Assembly: GCF_001194135.2 (NCBI RefSeq)
Contig: NC_068986.1
Span: 63,903,458 to 63,967,457, forward strand
Reading direction: 5' to 3'
Source of the DNA: Octopus bimaculoides
Taxonomy: Eukaryota
Length of the DNA stretch: 64,000 nt
The stretch's first letter is position 1, and the number at the start of each line of letters is the position of its first letter. A program made the translations under genes and the position numbers. Shown piece after piece: positions 39,321 to 51,407 of this stretch. The notes beneath the pieces were generated by a model, which made no database searches, was not told the DNA's origin, and saw only the letters and a program-made list of their open reading frames with translations.

Positions 39321-39893
39321 GGCTGCATGGCATCAAACTTTTCAGAAGCTCCTGAAGGCTGTTAAAAAACATTGGGAAAACATAGGACAACATGTAACCA
39401 ATCAAGAACATAGCATTGGAGAACTGCTGCCGAATGTGCAAGAATTCACAGAGTAAACTGACTGACTGACTTTTTGACATATATTTTACTGTTCTTGTCA
39501 AATATATGTATTTCACTGTTTTTTACAAATAAAATAGAAAATTTACATATCAACATTATACATATTGACAACATTATTGTTGCCAATATTTAAGCAGAGA
39601 TTTGTCAAATATTTCATAGAGTAGGTAAGTAGTTTGGTATTCCTGTTAAACAAAGTAAGTGATTGGAGCTAGGAGAATGTATTTGTCCAGAAATGAGTGG
39701 GATCAAGTTTTGTGTTTCTTGCATTTACCCTATGTGATATATTGCACTTTTTGGGGGGAATGATAAATCACATTTTTGTGGGATGTATGTGGGTATATAT
39801 GCGTACATCTAAGTATGTATGTGTATATGTGTGTGCATTTATTGGTATATGTGTGTATACATATATTTATGTATGTGTGTATACATACATATA

Positions 39894-40552
39894 TGAGGGG
39901 AAGTCAAAATTTATCTGCACTTTCGCCATAACATCTTTATTATTCTTACACTGCCTTCTGCGCATTCTTGCTTATAGTTGGTACTATTATAGTCACGTAA
40001 TCAATGTTTGAGCCAAATTACGCCATTTTTTCTTTCTGGCTTTACAGTGTAAGCATGGCTGCTCCATTAGCAATGTACATCAAAGAACAAAGAGCAGTGA
40101 TCTGAGAGATGGTAATGGTGAACTGCTTCACCATTACCATCTCTCCAACTTGCTGAAACTTCTCATCAGTGGTGGAGGTTGACAGGTTTCCTGCTCCCTC
40201 TTCATGCATCACGCTTGTCCAGCCACTTTTAAACTTCTTGATCTATTCATACACACTTCTACGCAGTAGTGCACTGTCCCTGTATTGTGTTAAAAGCCTC
40301 CAATTAATTTCAGCACCTAACATACCTTCTAATCAGAGAAATCGGATCACTGCTCTTTGTTCTTCTTTGGTGCACATTACTAGTGAAGCAGCCATGCTTA
40401 CACTGTAGAACCAGAAACAAAAATAGCACAATAAGGCTCAAACTTGGATGACCACAATAGTACCAACTATAAGCACACGTGTGCAGAAAGCTATATGGAA
40501 TAATAAAGATATGTTATGGCAAAAGTGCAGATAACTTTTGACTTTCCCCTCA
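39894..40552. mobile_element. Mariner fold-back element made of two 5' ends (659 bp, TA-flanked)
   Basis: TA|TGAGGGGAAGTCAAAA ... TTTTGACTTTCCCCTCA|TA. Both arms carry the transposase start (MAAPLAMYIKEQRAVI and MAASLVMCTKEEQRAVI). A perfect 19-bp hairpin lies at 40104-40145. Confidence 0.9.
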
Positions 40553-40849
40553 TATATATATATATATACATACACATTTGCATGTTGTTACTTTTTCTTC
40601 TTTTTAACTTTAAACTTATTAATTTTTAATTACATTTTTAATCTTTTAATTAATATCATTTTGATTCTAATTATTTAACAAAATAAATATTCTTTTCATT
40701 TTTGATTCAGTAAGAATTATTGCTGCAATTGCTTTATTTATTATTTACCATAATACAATATTTATTATTATTGTTATTATATTATTATCATCTTTATTGT
40801 TAACATTATTAGTATTATTGTCATCATTACTATTATTACCAAGGTGGGG

Positions 40850-41065
40850 AGCTGGCTGAATTGTTAGCATGCCAGGCGAAATGCTTAGTAGTATTTTGTC
40901 TACCGCTACATTCTCAGTTCAAATTCCGCCAAGGTCGACTTTGCCTTTTATCCTTTCGGGGTCAATAAATAAAGTACCAGTTGAACACTGGAGTTGATGT
41001 AATCAAAACATCCCTTCCTCCAAAATTGCTGCTGTTGTGGCAAAATTTGAAACCATTATTATTAT
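40850..41065 (+). mobile_element. tRNA-derived SINE, family B
   Basis: GAGCTGGCTGAATTGTTAGCATGCCAGGCGAAATG...CAGTTCAAATTCCGCCAAGGTCGACTTTGCC, followed by an (ATT)n tail. Confidence 0.85.
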
Positions 41066-42235
41066 TATTTTCAGTGTTATGTGAACATGGTACAACCAAA
41101 CAATAGTATACCTTTAACATTGAGTCACATTTTCCATGCAACCATTCCATAGGGCTTGGAATAAACCATTTTCTGTTTTTCTTTCCTACCTGGGAACTTT
41201 GTTTCTTATTAACTTGTAATGTTTCATGTCTTTTGTATTTTTCCTTTTTCTATATAGTGTTGTAGTTCTTATTGTTAAAAAGTATACACTTCTATATATG
41301 GTCCTTTGTTAATGTACATTGAAGATAACTGCAGCCAACTGCAACTTCATCTGCTCCACTTCAAATGTGATAATACATAGATGTAATAACATGTAATAAA
41401 TTCCAACAGTGACTCTTACATGTGGTTGCATTAGACGGCTGGGATACTGAAACATTTGTATTTCATGATGTGGCTAACGTTCAATGTGCTGTACATTGTA
41501 GTAGCTTGTCTCTGTTTCTTCTTCCTTTGTACTCATTGATTATTCTAACTTACTTCTTGTAACTTTGTTTCATCTGTAACCTTTTAATCTCATGGAGAGT
41601 GTACTTTTATTGTTTAAATATTGTTTGTTGCATATGTTTATGAAATTAAGACATTAGATGAATCTGTGCACACACCTCTGTGTGTTGCGTGTGTGACATA
41701 GAAAATGTCATCAGTGATATTTCCAATCTATTATACTTTAAGCACAATGTGTATATGCACAAACATACACATATTCCTCTGTGTGCACATATGTATACAC
41801 ACACACACACACACACATATTGATATACATACACAGTCTATCTTATGTATATAGACAACTGTACAACTGCTGCTGTTGAGTTTAGAGCTCCACATAGATT
41901 ATCATCACCCAGTCTGCTTCTAGTATAGTGGTTTAGCTACTAGTATACTTACTAGTATTACTAGCATTTATATACAGAGCAAATGTTGGAGAAATTATGA
42001 TAAACACAAGTTTATATCATTGGATATTCTGATTACTATTGGATACTTAACCACAGTGGACTATCAGGGAACACTATTGCATTATATTACAGAGAACTAA
42101 AGAGACTTTAGTTTGGAACATCCAATGTAGAGTTCCAAACAACTACGACGGGGAAATGTACATATGAAGAAATGAAATAAACTTGAGTTTATCATAATTT
42201 CTCATATATGCACACATACAAACACATATACACAG

Positions 42236-42700
42236 ACAGGTTGTCCAAGCTTAATTTGACACTTTGTATAAAAAGAAAACATAACATCCCATCCATAAAT
42301 TAAAGTATTTCAAAATATCAACTAGATTATGGCTGGGAGATAAAAGTTTACTCAAAATAGCTGCCCTTAGCTTCCACCATAACCTCAAAACAACTCCAGA
42401 ACCTGGTACATGTGTTCCCCATTGTGTCCCGGGTAGATCTTTAAACATCTCCTCAGCCAGAAATTGGAGCTGAAATCAGAATTTCTCTTCTGGCTCTTTC
42501 TATACATATGACAAACAGCTGGATCCTGCTGACACACCTGTGGCCTTCCATCAGCAACTGACTCTAACCAGGAATTGACCACAACCCCCAGCAGTTTCAT
42601 GTAGCCGTCTGAATTGAGCTGGAAGCCCTGTTCATCAGTTGTTGGATACTTGAGCATGCAGATGTAGTGAGAACATATGCTGTGTCCCTGCCTGCTTCCC
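42236..42700 (-). mobile_element. Tc1/mariner-superfamily (maT/DD37D-like) transposase 3' remnant
   Basis: GFQLNSDGYMKLLGVVVNSWLESVADGRPQVCQQDPAVCHMYRKSQK matches the QQDSAPCH second-Asp region. A TIR-like CAGGTTGTCCAAGC lies at the left end. Confidence 0.75.
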
Positions 42701-42779
42701 GTAGCTTTATAATCTCTGTTGCAGCTGTCCCTGTCAAATCTTACAGCCTTTATAGTGTTCATGGAGTATTAGTCATGAT

Positions 42780-42870
42780 GTCATGGGGGTTTAATTTGTT
42801 TGACTAAAAGGTGGTGCTCCAGCATTGCTGCAGTCAAATGGCTGGAACAGTAATATAGATATAAGAGATA
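42780..42870 (+). mobile_element. SINE family A 3' tail fragment
   Basis: GACTAAAAGGTGGTGCTCCAGCATTGCTGCAGTCAAATGGCTGGAACAG. Confidence 0.65.
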
Positions 42871-44125
42871 TGTTATGTCATGTTTTGTATTAAAGAATAA
42901 TCTACAGATGTGGTCCAATTTGTTTGTTGATCAGAAGTTTTTTCCATTTTCTGATAATTTAAATTATATATGATTGTATATTATATATATATAAAGGATA
43001 AATTAAACATACCGATATTCTATTAACATTCAATAATTTATTTATATTACAATATTACATTAGATACTGTGAATATAATATATAACATAAAACGTAACAT
43101 AACATTATATAAATAATTAAAAAAACGGTAAAAGTTCAACAAATTGTTTTGGCTTATATATATATGTTTTCTGATATACATAATCACAGTTCAATTATAT
43201 GTAAGCCACTTCAGGATAAATCGGTTCAGGAAGATGAAATTCTGTCTGTAAAGGACGGCTAGATTGTAAAAATTAATTCAAATGTCTGTGTTATGAGTGT
43301 GAGCATTAATTATTCAATCTTACATCTATTACAATTAAAAAAAAGCAAAAAGATTTTAATGGATGATACAATCAAGTAAGTTCAATCCACAATCATCAAA
43401 ATTCACTTTATTGTATCTCATATACATACCAGTTGAAACCCTTTTATGTTCAAGATAGTCTCTTGTCATCACAACATACAATAATAATATGTGTGTGTGT
43501 ACATAAATGTATATAATTAAGTATTTAAGTCTTCTCCTACGTGTAACTGCAACAAAAAATATATAAACAATTACATTTTCAATGCAACAAATCTTTTATC
43601 TATTTAAATTAGTTGGTATAAAAATTAATTATTTAAATTAACTATAACCTATACTTATTATTTTCTCGTAGGGATAATTACGTAGTAGGTATGAATAGAC
43701 ACCTAATGAAAATTTCTCTCTTTGTTTACTTAATCTATTGCAGGGAGGATTCCATAATTATTATATTTTAGGCTACAGCAATGGAAATCGAATTCACTCA
43801 TTTTTTAGGGGTAACCAGATTTGAATTTACTTTAAGAAATTATTATTCACACACCATGGAAGGGAGAGTTTAGTGAATCAACAGAAAACATCGATACAAA
43901 CCAAATAAGCAACAAGCAATGTTCCCTATGAACTAATCTATATTATTATTTACAAAATGCGGGACCATATATGGTGTAGATCTAAACTTTATCAATACTT
44001 TTAGAAGTAAGAAGCAACATTGTTGTAAAAAGAATACTATTTATAAACCATACAATACTATAATAATTATTATTTTGGTTATTAAATTTATTTAGTAAGT
44101 CAAAATGAAACTATTTTTTATTATC

Positions 44126-44182
<57 letters not shown>

Positions 44183-44221
44183 TTTTACATACATATACAC
44201 TGACATACACATACATACATA

Positions 44222-44860
44222 TTATACCCTCTTTTAGCATGTTGGGAGGTTTACCACATGCAAGGAAACTCTGAAAGAATATCTGCAGTGGCTTTGCAAG
44301 AGCCTTTTTACATGTCTTTAAGGGAACAGCTGGGAGTCCATCTAGGCCTGTTGCTGAGCTTGATCTCATCTCATCAATGGCCGATATTACCTCCTCTTCT
44401 GTTATGTCAATGGTTGCCTCTTTTCCGAATAGATTCCTTACATTGACAAACTCCTTCGGCTTGTTTATTTGCATATTTTCCAGTGGAGAAGTGAAAACAC
44501 TTTGGAATTGTTTGTTTAGTGCTTCACTTATCTTCCCCGAGTCTGCAGTCAGTGAGCCATTTTTACCACATAGTGACCCTTTCTTGTAGAGTTCTGAGGC
44601 AGACACCTTTACTAACATGTAGAAGGTTTTAGGATTTCTTTTTATATTTTTGACTGCCCAGGTTTCTCTTTCTTCTCCTTTTTCGTGGGAGATTTTGAGT
44701 TTATTTTCTATCTTGAACAGTTCCTCTGTCAGGTGAAATTTCACCCTGTCATTAAGGTATTCGTTTAAACGATTCGAGATCTTTATTCTCTGCCACATTT
44801 GTATTCTCCTGCCTCAAGGAATGATGTTTTTGTGTGTATTGGATCCCTTCTCTGTGACAT
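44222..44860 (-). mobile_element. CR1-like LINE ORF2 fragment (subfamily B)
   Basis: KNIKRNPKTFY...LNKQFQSVFT...SATGLDGLPAVPLKTCKKALAKPLQIFF. Homologous to 46182-46805 but diverged, and bounded by microsatellites. Confidence 0.9.
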
Positions 44861-44911
44861 ATTTCATATGTATCATATATATATATGATTCTATATATGT
44901 GTATATATATA

Positions 44912-44967
<56 letters not shown>

Positions 44968-44974
44968 GATTATA

Positions 44975-45488
44975 CAGGGGTTGGACAAAATAATGGAAAC
45001 ACCTAACATCATAATTTTGAAATATCTATAAAACCATCTAATGCTTGTTTATTTTTATCTTTTTTTGATTTATAGTTAGTGTTGCTTGATATGTTTGGCT
45101 AAAATTGCTGTTTCTTTTCAGATATCATCAGAAAAAGGTAATTAAAATTCCTTAGAATGACATATCTATCAAACTTTAAAAGCGGTCAAATTGTTGGTGC
45201 TCATATGGCAGCCACTAGCATAACAAAAACAACCAAAATGTTTTGTGTATCAAGAAGTACTGTCTCGAAAGTAATGACAGCCTTTGAGAAAGAGGGAGAA
45301 ATCTCGTTGAAACAAAACTCTGAAAGAAAACCAAAACTTTCAGATAGGAACCATCGAACTCTTATACGAATTGTTAGAAAGGATCACAAAAGTACAGATC
45401 CCAAAATTACTGCAGAGCTTAATGACCACCTAGTGAACCCAGTTTCCATAGAAACTGTTCGCCGAGAGCTACGCAAAGCCAGATTATG
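44975..45488 (+). mobile_element. Tc1-like transposon, 5' half (TIR plus paired-like HTH)
   Basis: TA|CAGGGGTTGGACAAAATAATGGAAACACC, then ORF 45157 MTYLSNFKSGQIVGAH...VSRSTVSKV...RKPKLSDR...TVRRELRK. Truncated at the LINE junction. Confidence 0.92.
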
Positions 45489-47093
45489 GTTTCCTTTTCT
45501 CTGGTTCTGAATGTTCTTAGGATCCATCCAGCCAGTCATCTGCACTTAGTCTCCATCCTGATAATGTGCACTTCGAAAGAGGTATCAGCGCTCATGTCGA
45601 TACCTAGGTCCCTCACTGATTTAGGCTCTGAGATAGTAATTCCCTGTGGACTAGTGGATCCTGTAAGTTTCATATTCAGTTTTGGATGCTGGTAGCGCAG
45701 GGCTTGGAATGTTTCAGCATTAAACTGCAGATGTGCAACATTGTTGGGGTTCTGTATTTTCTGTGAGACTTTCATATCATTTGTGTAGGTAACAAGGGTG
45801 GCTATCTGGGCAGTTGAGGGTATATATGAGAGGGCCACTATGAAAAGCAGTGGTCCCAAGACAGTGCCCTGTGGAAAACCACTCACTATTTGTCTTTTCA
45901 TTGAGCTGGCTCCATTGGCCACTACTGTCTGACTTCTATCTTTCAGAAAGTCATGTAGCCACTCTCCAAATTTTCCAGCTATGCCGAGATCACATAGTTT
46001 GTGGCATATCATACTATGATCCACTTTATGAAAAGCTTTTGCAAAATCAAGGTATATTATGTCAACATTTGAGTTGTTGAGTAACTGCCTTAACACCCAG
46101 TCATAATGTTGTAAGAGCTGGGTCATGCAGCTCCTACATGGTCAAAAGCCATGCTGGGTATCACTCAGCAAATTATTTTCTTCAAAGGAATATGATTAGT
46201 TTCCCTCTGACTATCCTTTCCATTACTGTGCTGATGTGTGAAGTCAGAGAGATAGGCCTATAGTTTTTGGCATCTGCTCTGCTTCCCTCTTTATGGATTG
46301 GGTATATTATTCCCTCCTTCAGCTTGCTTGGCAGTCTGTCATTTGCAAGAAAGCTCTGGAAGAGAATCTGGAAGGGTTTTGCCAGGGCATGCTTACACAA
46401 TTTGAGGAGGATTGCTTGGAAACCATCAGGACTGGCAGTTGAGGTTGCGTCCACCTCATCTATGGCTAGTAGTATATCTTCTTCACTAATGTCAATGTAT
46501 TCCATTGTAACTGCCTCGCTGTTTATAAGTGAGGCGGCTAAGAAGTCCACTGGTTTGTTCACTTGTCTGTGTTCCAACGGAGTGGTAAAGACACTTTTGA
46601 ACTGGTCATTCAGCACCTCACTGATCCTGGTTGGACTATCTGCGAGGGAGCCATCCCAATGGAAGAGGGGTCCTATCTTGCAGCGTACTGGGGCTGTTTC
46701 TTTCACGTAATGAACGAAGGCCTTTGGGTTTGACTTAATGTTTTTTATAACCCAGGCTTCTTTGTCTGCTCTCTCTCTCACAAGATTGTTGCAGGCTTTT
46801 TTCAATCTCCATCAGTGTTGTTTTTAGGCAGGACCTTTCGCTTCTTTTGGCATGTTGGTTGAGGCGATTTGCAACCTTCATCCGTCATCTCATGAGGATC
46901 CTCCTCTCCCTTGGAATCTTGTTCCTATTTGTTTTGGCCTTGTGCTCTGGGACATACTTCTGGCATATGGCTTGCACAACAGACATGAAATATTCTAGTT
47001 TCATTCTAGTGTCTGGTGTGGAGAGACATTTCAGCCAGTCTGCTTTGTAGAAGTTCAGATTGGAGAGATTTTGAGTGCTTCCTTTAGGCTCTA

Positions 47094-48432
47094 CTAGCAG
47101 CTAAGCCCGGTTTCACCCGGTCAGAGAGCAACGCGAAGAGAGAAACAAAGACATAAAAAAGAGGAAGAAGTGGATACAAAGTGGTGTTTGGGTGACGGAT
47201 CTTGGTAGAAAAAAAAGAATGTCATGGTGAATTAGTAAGGTGAGCAAAGCAAGACTGGACTTACGTGGGCTGGCAGGACGATGAAAAAATTGCGGAGTTG
47301 AAATTGGAGCAGTTGAAGTTGCCATTGTTATAATTGGAGTGCCTCTTGGTAGACAACATTCTTCGTCCTTCCCTCGGGTGCACAAATAGAAAGACCATAG
47401 GGACAGCCAACGTACAGTTATGTGTGTGAGAATACTTGCTCTGTCGGATTCAAACCAACCGCTTGCACTGATTGTCCCTGCGCCTTATTCATTGTCATGG
47501 GAAATTGCATCTGTTTAAACTTGTAGGTCGTATCGGAGTGGGTAAGGGACATAGGAGTTATAAGTATGTCTTAGCCAGCAGCCGGTTCATTCAAGATTGT
47601 TGCCTACAGAACTCGGGAGCACAATTTTTTGATAATCATCCGCATACCATTGCACATTATTGGAGCATCTAAATTCCTTAGCAGCATGATTGGTGCGCCA
47701 ACTTTCAGATGCAGTTCGTGAGCTGGTAGTTCTGCGGGTCCCCCCTTTTGTCAGATTTGTCATGGGCCGGCCAGTCTATCTCAGATACATGGGAAGCTGN
47801 NNNNNNNNNNNNNNNNNNNNNNNNNNNNNNNNNNNNNNNNNNNNNNNNNNNNNNNNNNNNNNNNNNNNNNNNNNATAACGATGGTTTTTATTTAGGCACA
47901 TCGTAAAAGTAATTATAATGAATTGCTTAATATAAAGAAAAGTATGTTTTTTCAAGCAAATACAGTTAGAAAAAATATTTACCATTTCAAGTCATCACTA
48001 AAAACAAAGCTCATCAATTTTTGAATGAAATAATAATTTTATTCTTTTATTCTAAGTTGTAAATTTTGCCTGAGAAATAAAGCAAATAATCACCAAATGC
48101 ATTGTTAAAAATCTGCAACTCGATAGCAAATATCTCCAAATTGATTAGAAAAGCATAAATTTAATAATAACAATGTTTTTGAGATTCCGGTTCGAATGAC
48201 ATGAGTGTTTTTGTTTCACTTTTGACACATAATACTTAAATAGTGGAGGAGATATGATTTTGCTGTGTGTTGGAAGTATGCAAGAAGTTAAAAAAATTTT
48301 GACTAAAACACAACTAGGACCCTAAGTAAGGCATGTGTAAAATTTGAATGAAATTGGTTGTGTAGTTCTGGAGTTTTAGGGATTCACACAGACACACACA
48401 CACAGACATTCTCAATTTTATATATACATAGA
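47094..48432 (-). mobile_element. Helitron (deletion derivative; contains a 75-N gap) with PIF1-like helicase C-terminal remnant
   Basis: Minus-strand 5' end TCTATGTATATATAAAATTGAG and 3' end CCGGGTGAAACCGGG hairpin then CTTAGCTGCTAG. Inserted between A and T with no TSD. Helicase motifs LKVGAPIMLLRNLD, CNG, QFP, MTMNKAQGQS and VFSH..LYV at about 47400-47799. Confidence 0.92.
47800..47874. other. Assembly gap
   Basis: Run of N. Confidence 1.
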
Positions 48433-49939
48433 TGTCTCTGGCTACTTTCAGCCCAAACATAGCTCTATTATGTTGTGATCCGAGGCTAATGTCGGCGTCA
48501 CTTTCACATCATGAACAATGTCCATATTGTTCATGAAGCAGAGATTCAAAATGTTATTTGCCCTAGTTGGTCTGAGTACGACTTGCTCCATGAATAGGGC
48601 ATTGGTGAGGTTGAGCAGGGACTCCAGCTGTGCTTGTTTGCAATGAGTCATTCCTGAGAGGTCTTCAGGCCATTTAACGTTGACGAATTTGAAATCACCC
48701 ATAAGAAATATGCTCACATGGTGTTCCATTTTCATGAGGATTTCTTTAATTCTTGTGAGGCAGTCTTCAAACTTGCCTATGTGGTTTGGAGCATCCAGTG
48801 AGCAATATGTATTGCATATGACTATATTGTGTTGTCTTATGTATACAGTTAAAATGTCACATACTGAATTTGAGTATGACAGTAACATCTGGAGTGTGAG
48901 GTCATCACAGATGTATGCAGCAACTCCACCATGGCTCCTTTCCCCTCTGTCTGTTTGCAGTATGGCATATTTTGGTACGTGTACTTCTGCATCGTCTATA
49001 TCAGGGCTGAGGTGAGTTTCCATGAGTGTTATGCATAGGGCTTGATTGCATGCAGCAAGGTCTCTCAGGAAAAAAATTTTGCATTTATTATGATGCAACA
49101 GGCCCCCAATATTTAGTAAAAATATTGACATAACAACTGTGCAGGAGTTAAGAGAGGCCATCGTGTGTCTGTTGACTGTGGTGGGCAAGGTTCTTTGTTT
49201 GCGCTTGGTGTAGCCAGGTCAGCTGCTGCACAATCTTTTGTGCCATGCACAAAAAAGACTCTTGCCCAGCTGCTGCCTTGCACATAACCTCTGAAGAGCA
49301 CACTTCTTTTGTATATTTTTTTTTGGAGACAATTAGTATCTTTCCTCAGGGAAGTTTTTCTCCTTAAAGCCTCTGTAGTTTTGGTGGGGTCTCGGGTGAG
49401 AAAACCGGCAGTTTTTGCTATCTTCCCCATGCCAATATTTGCCTTACAGGTAGAAATTTGCAGGTCCTTGAGTGCCCTCCAAATTTCTTCTCTCCTCTAT
49501 TGTTTTGGATTGCATTGGATCCTCCATGGGGTTTTCTGTTTTTTGTTTGGTGGGTTGGGGTTTCAATTTTGGTTATTTCATTTTTGTATTTTCCTTTTTC
49601 TCCTTTTTTTTTCTTTATGTTTGTGTTCGTGTTCTGTTCTTTCTTGTGGTGGGAATTTCTTTCCTCTGGTTGTCTAATGGAGTGAGGATTCCGTTCCTTT
49701 GTAGGACCACTGGCACAAAGAGGCTTCTGGTTGCTGCTTCCTTGGATCCCCTATCCTTTTCTGTCTGGTTGTCCACAGGGGTGGGGGATGTATTCTTTTG
49801 AGAAACCACTGGATCAGAGAGACCACTGGGTTTTGTTTCCTTTTCTCTATCCTTATCAACGTTGCCGCAATAGTTTTCCATTATGACATCCAAGGTGTCA
49901 ATGTATTGTCTCATAAGCATATAGGATTGAATGAATTCA

Positions 49940-50001
49940 TAGCATGGGTTGGACGATTTGACTGAGTACTGGCAAACCAGATGGTTGCACCAGGCTCCAA
50001 T
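49940..50001 (-). mobile_element. RTE-type 3' tail fragment, inverted
   Basis: TAGCATGGGTTGGACGATTTGACTGAGTACTGG...CAGGCTCCAAT is the reverse complement of about 52655-52715. Confidence 0.85.
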
Positions 50002-50007
50002 ATATAT

Positions 50008-50695
50008 GATGACCTTGCACTAATTGCTGAGTCACTATCAGAACTAGAGAAGTTTCAGGTGTGGAAGCAGGGACTAGAATCGAAGGGCCTTAGAGTCAAC
50101 CTAGCTAAAACCAAAGTCCTAATAAGTAGGAAGGTAGACAAAACACAAACCCCTTCAGGTAGATGGCCCTGCTCAATCTATAGAAAAGGTGTAGATAGAA
50201 ACTCTATAAGATGTACCCAGTGCAAGCTATGGACACATAAGAGGTGCAGCAATATCAAAGGCAGGTTAACTAGGAAGTTAGTTTTTATATGTGGCAGATG
50301 TTCAGGTGCAATAAACACTGAAAATGTGCAGAAAACACCTTCTGACTCATTCCAGGGAGAAAAACTAGACGTAGTTGATAGCTTCCAATATCTGGGTGAC
50401 CAAGTTAGTAGTTGGGTTGGGTGCGCTGAAAGTGTAGCTGCTAGAATAAGAATAGCCTGGGCAAAGTTCAGACAGTTCTTACCTCTGCTGGCGACAAAGG
50501 GACTCTCACTCAGAGTAAGAGGCAGACTGTATGACGCATGTGTACGAACAGCCATGCTACATGGCAGTGAAACATGGGCCGTGACTGCTGAGGACATGCG
50601 TAAGCTCACAAGGAATGAAGCCAGTATGCTCCGATGGATGAGTAATGTTAGTGTGCATACCCGACAGAGTGTAAGTATCTTGAGAGAAAAGTTGA
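50008..50695 (+). mobile_element. RTE-clade LINE RT C-terminal half with an embedded PHD-like finger
   Basis: DDLALIAES...GLRVNLAKTK...CTQCKLWTHKRC...CGRC...VDSFQYLGD...MLHGSETW, open for about 230 codons up to the gap. Confidence 0.93.
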
Positions 50696-51373
50696 NNNNN
50701 NNNNNNNNNNNNNNNNNNNNNNNNNNNNNNNNNNNNNNNNNNNNNNNNNNNNNNNNNNNNNNNNNNNNNNNNNNNNNNNNNNNNNNNNNNNNNNNNNNNN
50801 NNNNNNNNNNNNNNNNNNNNNNNNNNNNNNNNNNNNNNNNNNNNNNNNNNNNNNNNNNNNNNNNNNNNNNNNNNNNNNNNNNNNNNNNNNNNNNNNNNNN
50901 NNNNNNNNNNNNNNNNNNNNNNNNNNNNNNNNNNNNNNNNNNNNNNNNNNNNNNNNNNNNNNNNNNNNNNNNNNNNNNNNNNNNNNNNNNNNNNNNNNNN
51001 NNNNNNNNNNNNNNNNNNNNNNNNNNNNNNNNNNNNNNNNNNNNNNNNNNNNNNNNNNNNNNNNNNNNNNNNNNNNNNNNNNNNNNNNNNNNNNNNNNNN
51101 NNNNNNNNNNNNNNNNNNNNNNNNNNNNNNNNNNNNNNNNNNNNNNNNNNNNNNNNNNNNNNNNNNNNNNNNNNNNNNNNNNNNNNNNNNNNNNNNNNNN
51201 NNNNNNNNNNNNNNNNNNNNNNNNNNNNNNNNNNNNNNNNNNNNNNNNNNNNNNNNNNNNNNNNNNNNNNNNNNNNNNNNNNNNNNNNNNNNNNNNNNNN
51301 NNNNNNNNNNNNNNNNNNNNNNNNNNNNNNNNNNNNNNNNNNNNNNNNNNNNNNNNNNNNNNNNNNNNNNNNN
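50696..51373. other. Assembly gap
   Basis: Run of N. Confidence 1.
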
Positions 51374-51407
51374 ATATATATATATATATACACACACACA
51401 AGATATA

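Larger units (their letters stand above)
45489..49935 (-). mobile_element. CR1-like LINE (ORF1 with decayed CCCH fingers, APE endonuclease, RT), interrupted by a Helitron
   Basis: APE motifs NIGGL, LMETHL, SHGGVAAY, MGDF and SDHNII (48448-49188). RT motifs NYRPISLTSH, YLDFAKAFHKVDH, SGFPQGTVLGPLLF and VRDLGI (45536-46805). Several stops and frameshifts. Confidence 0.93.
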
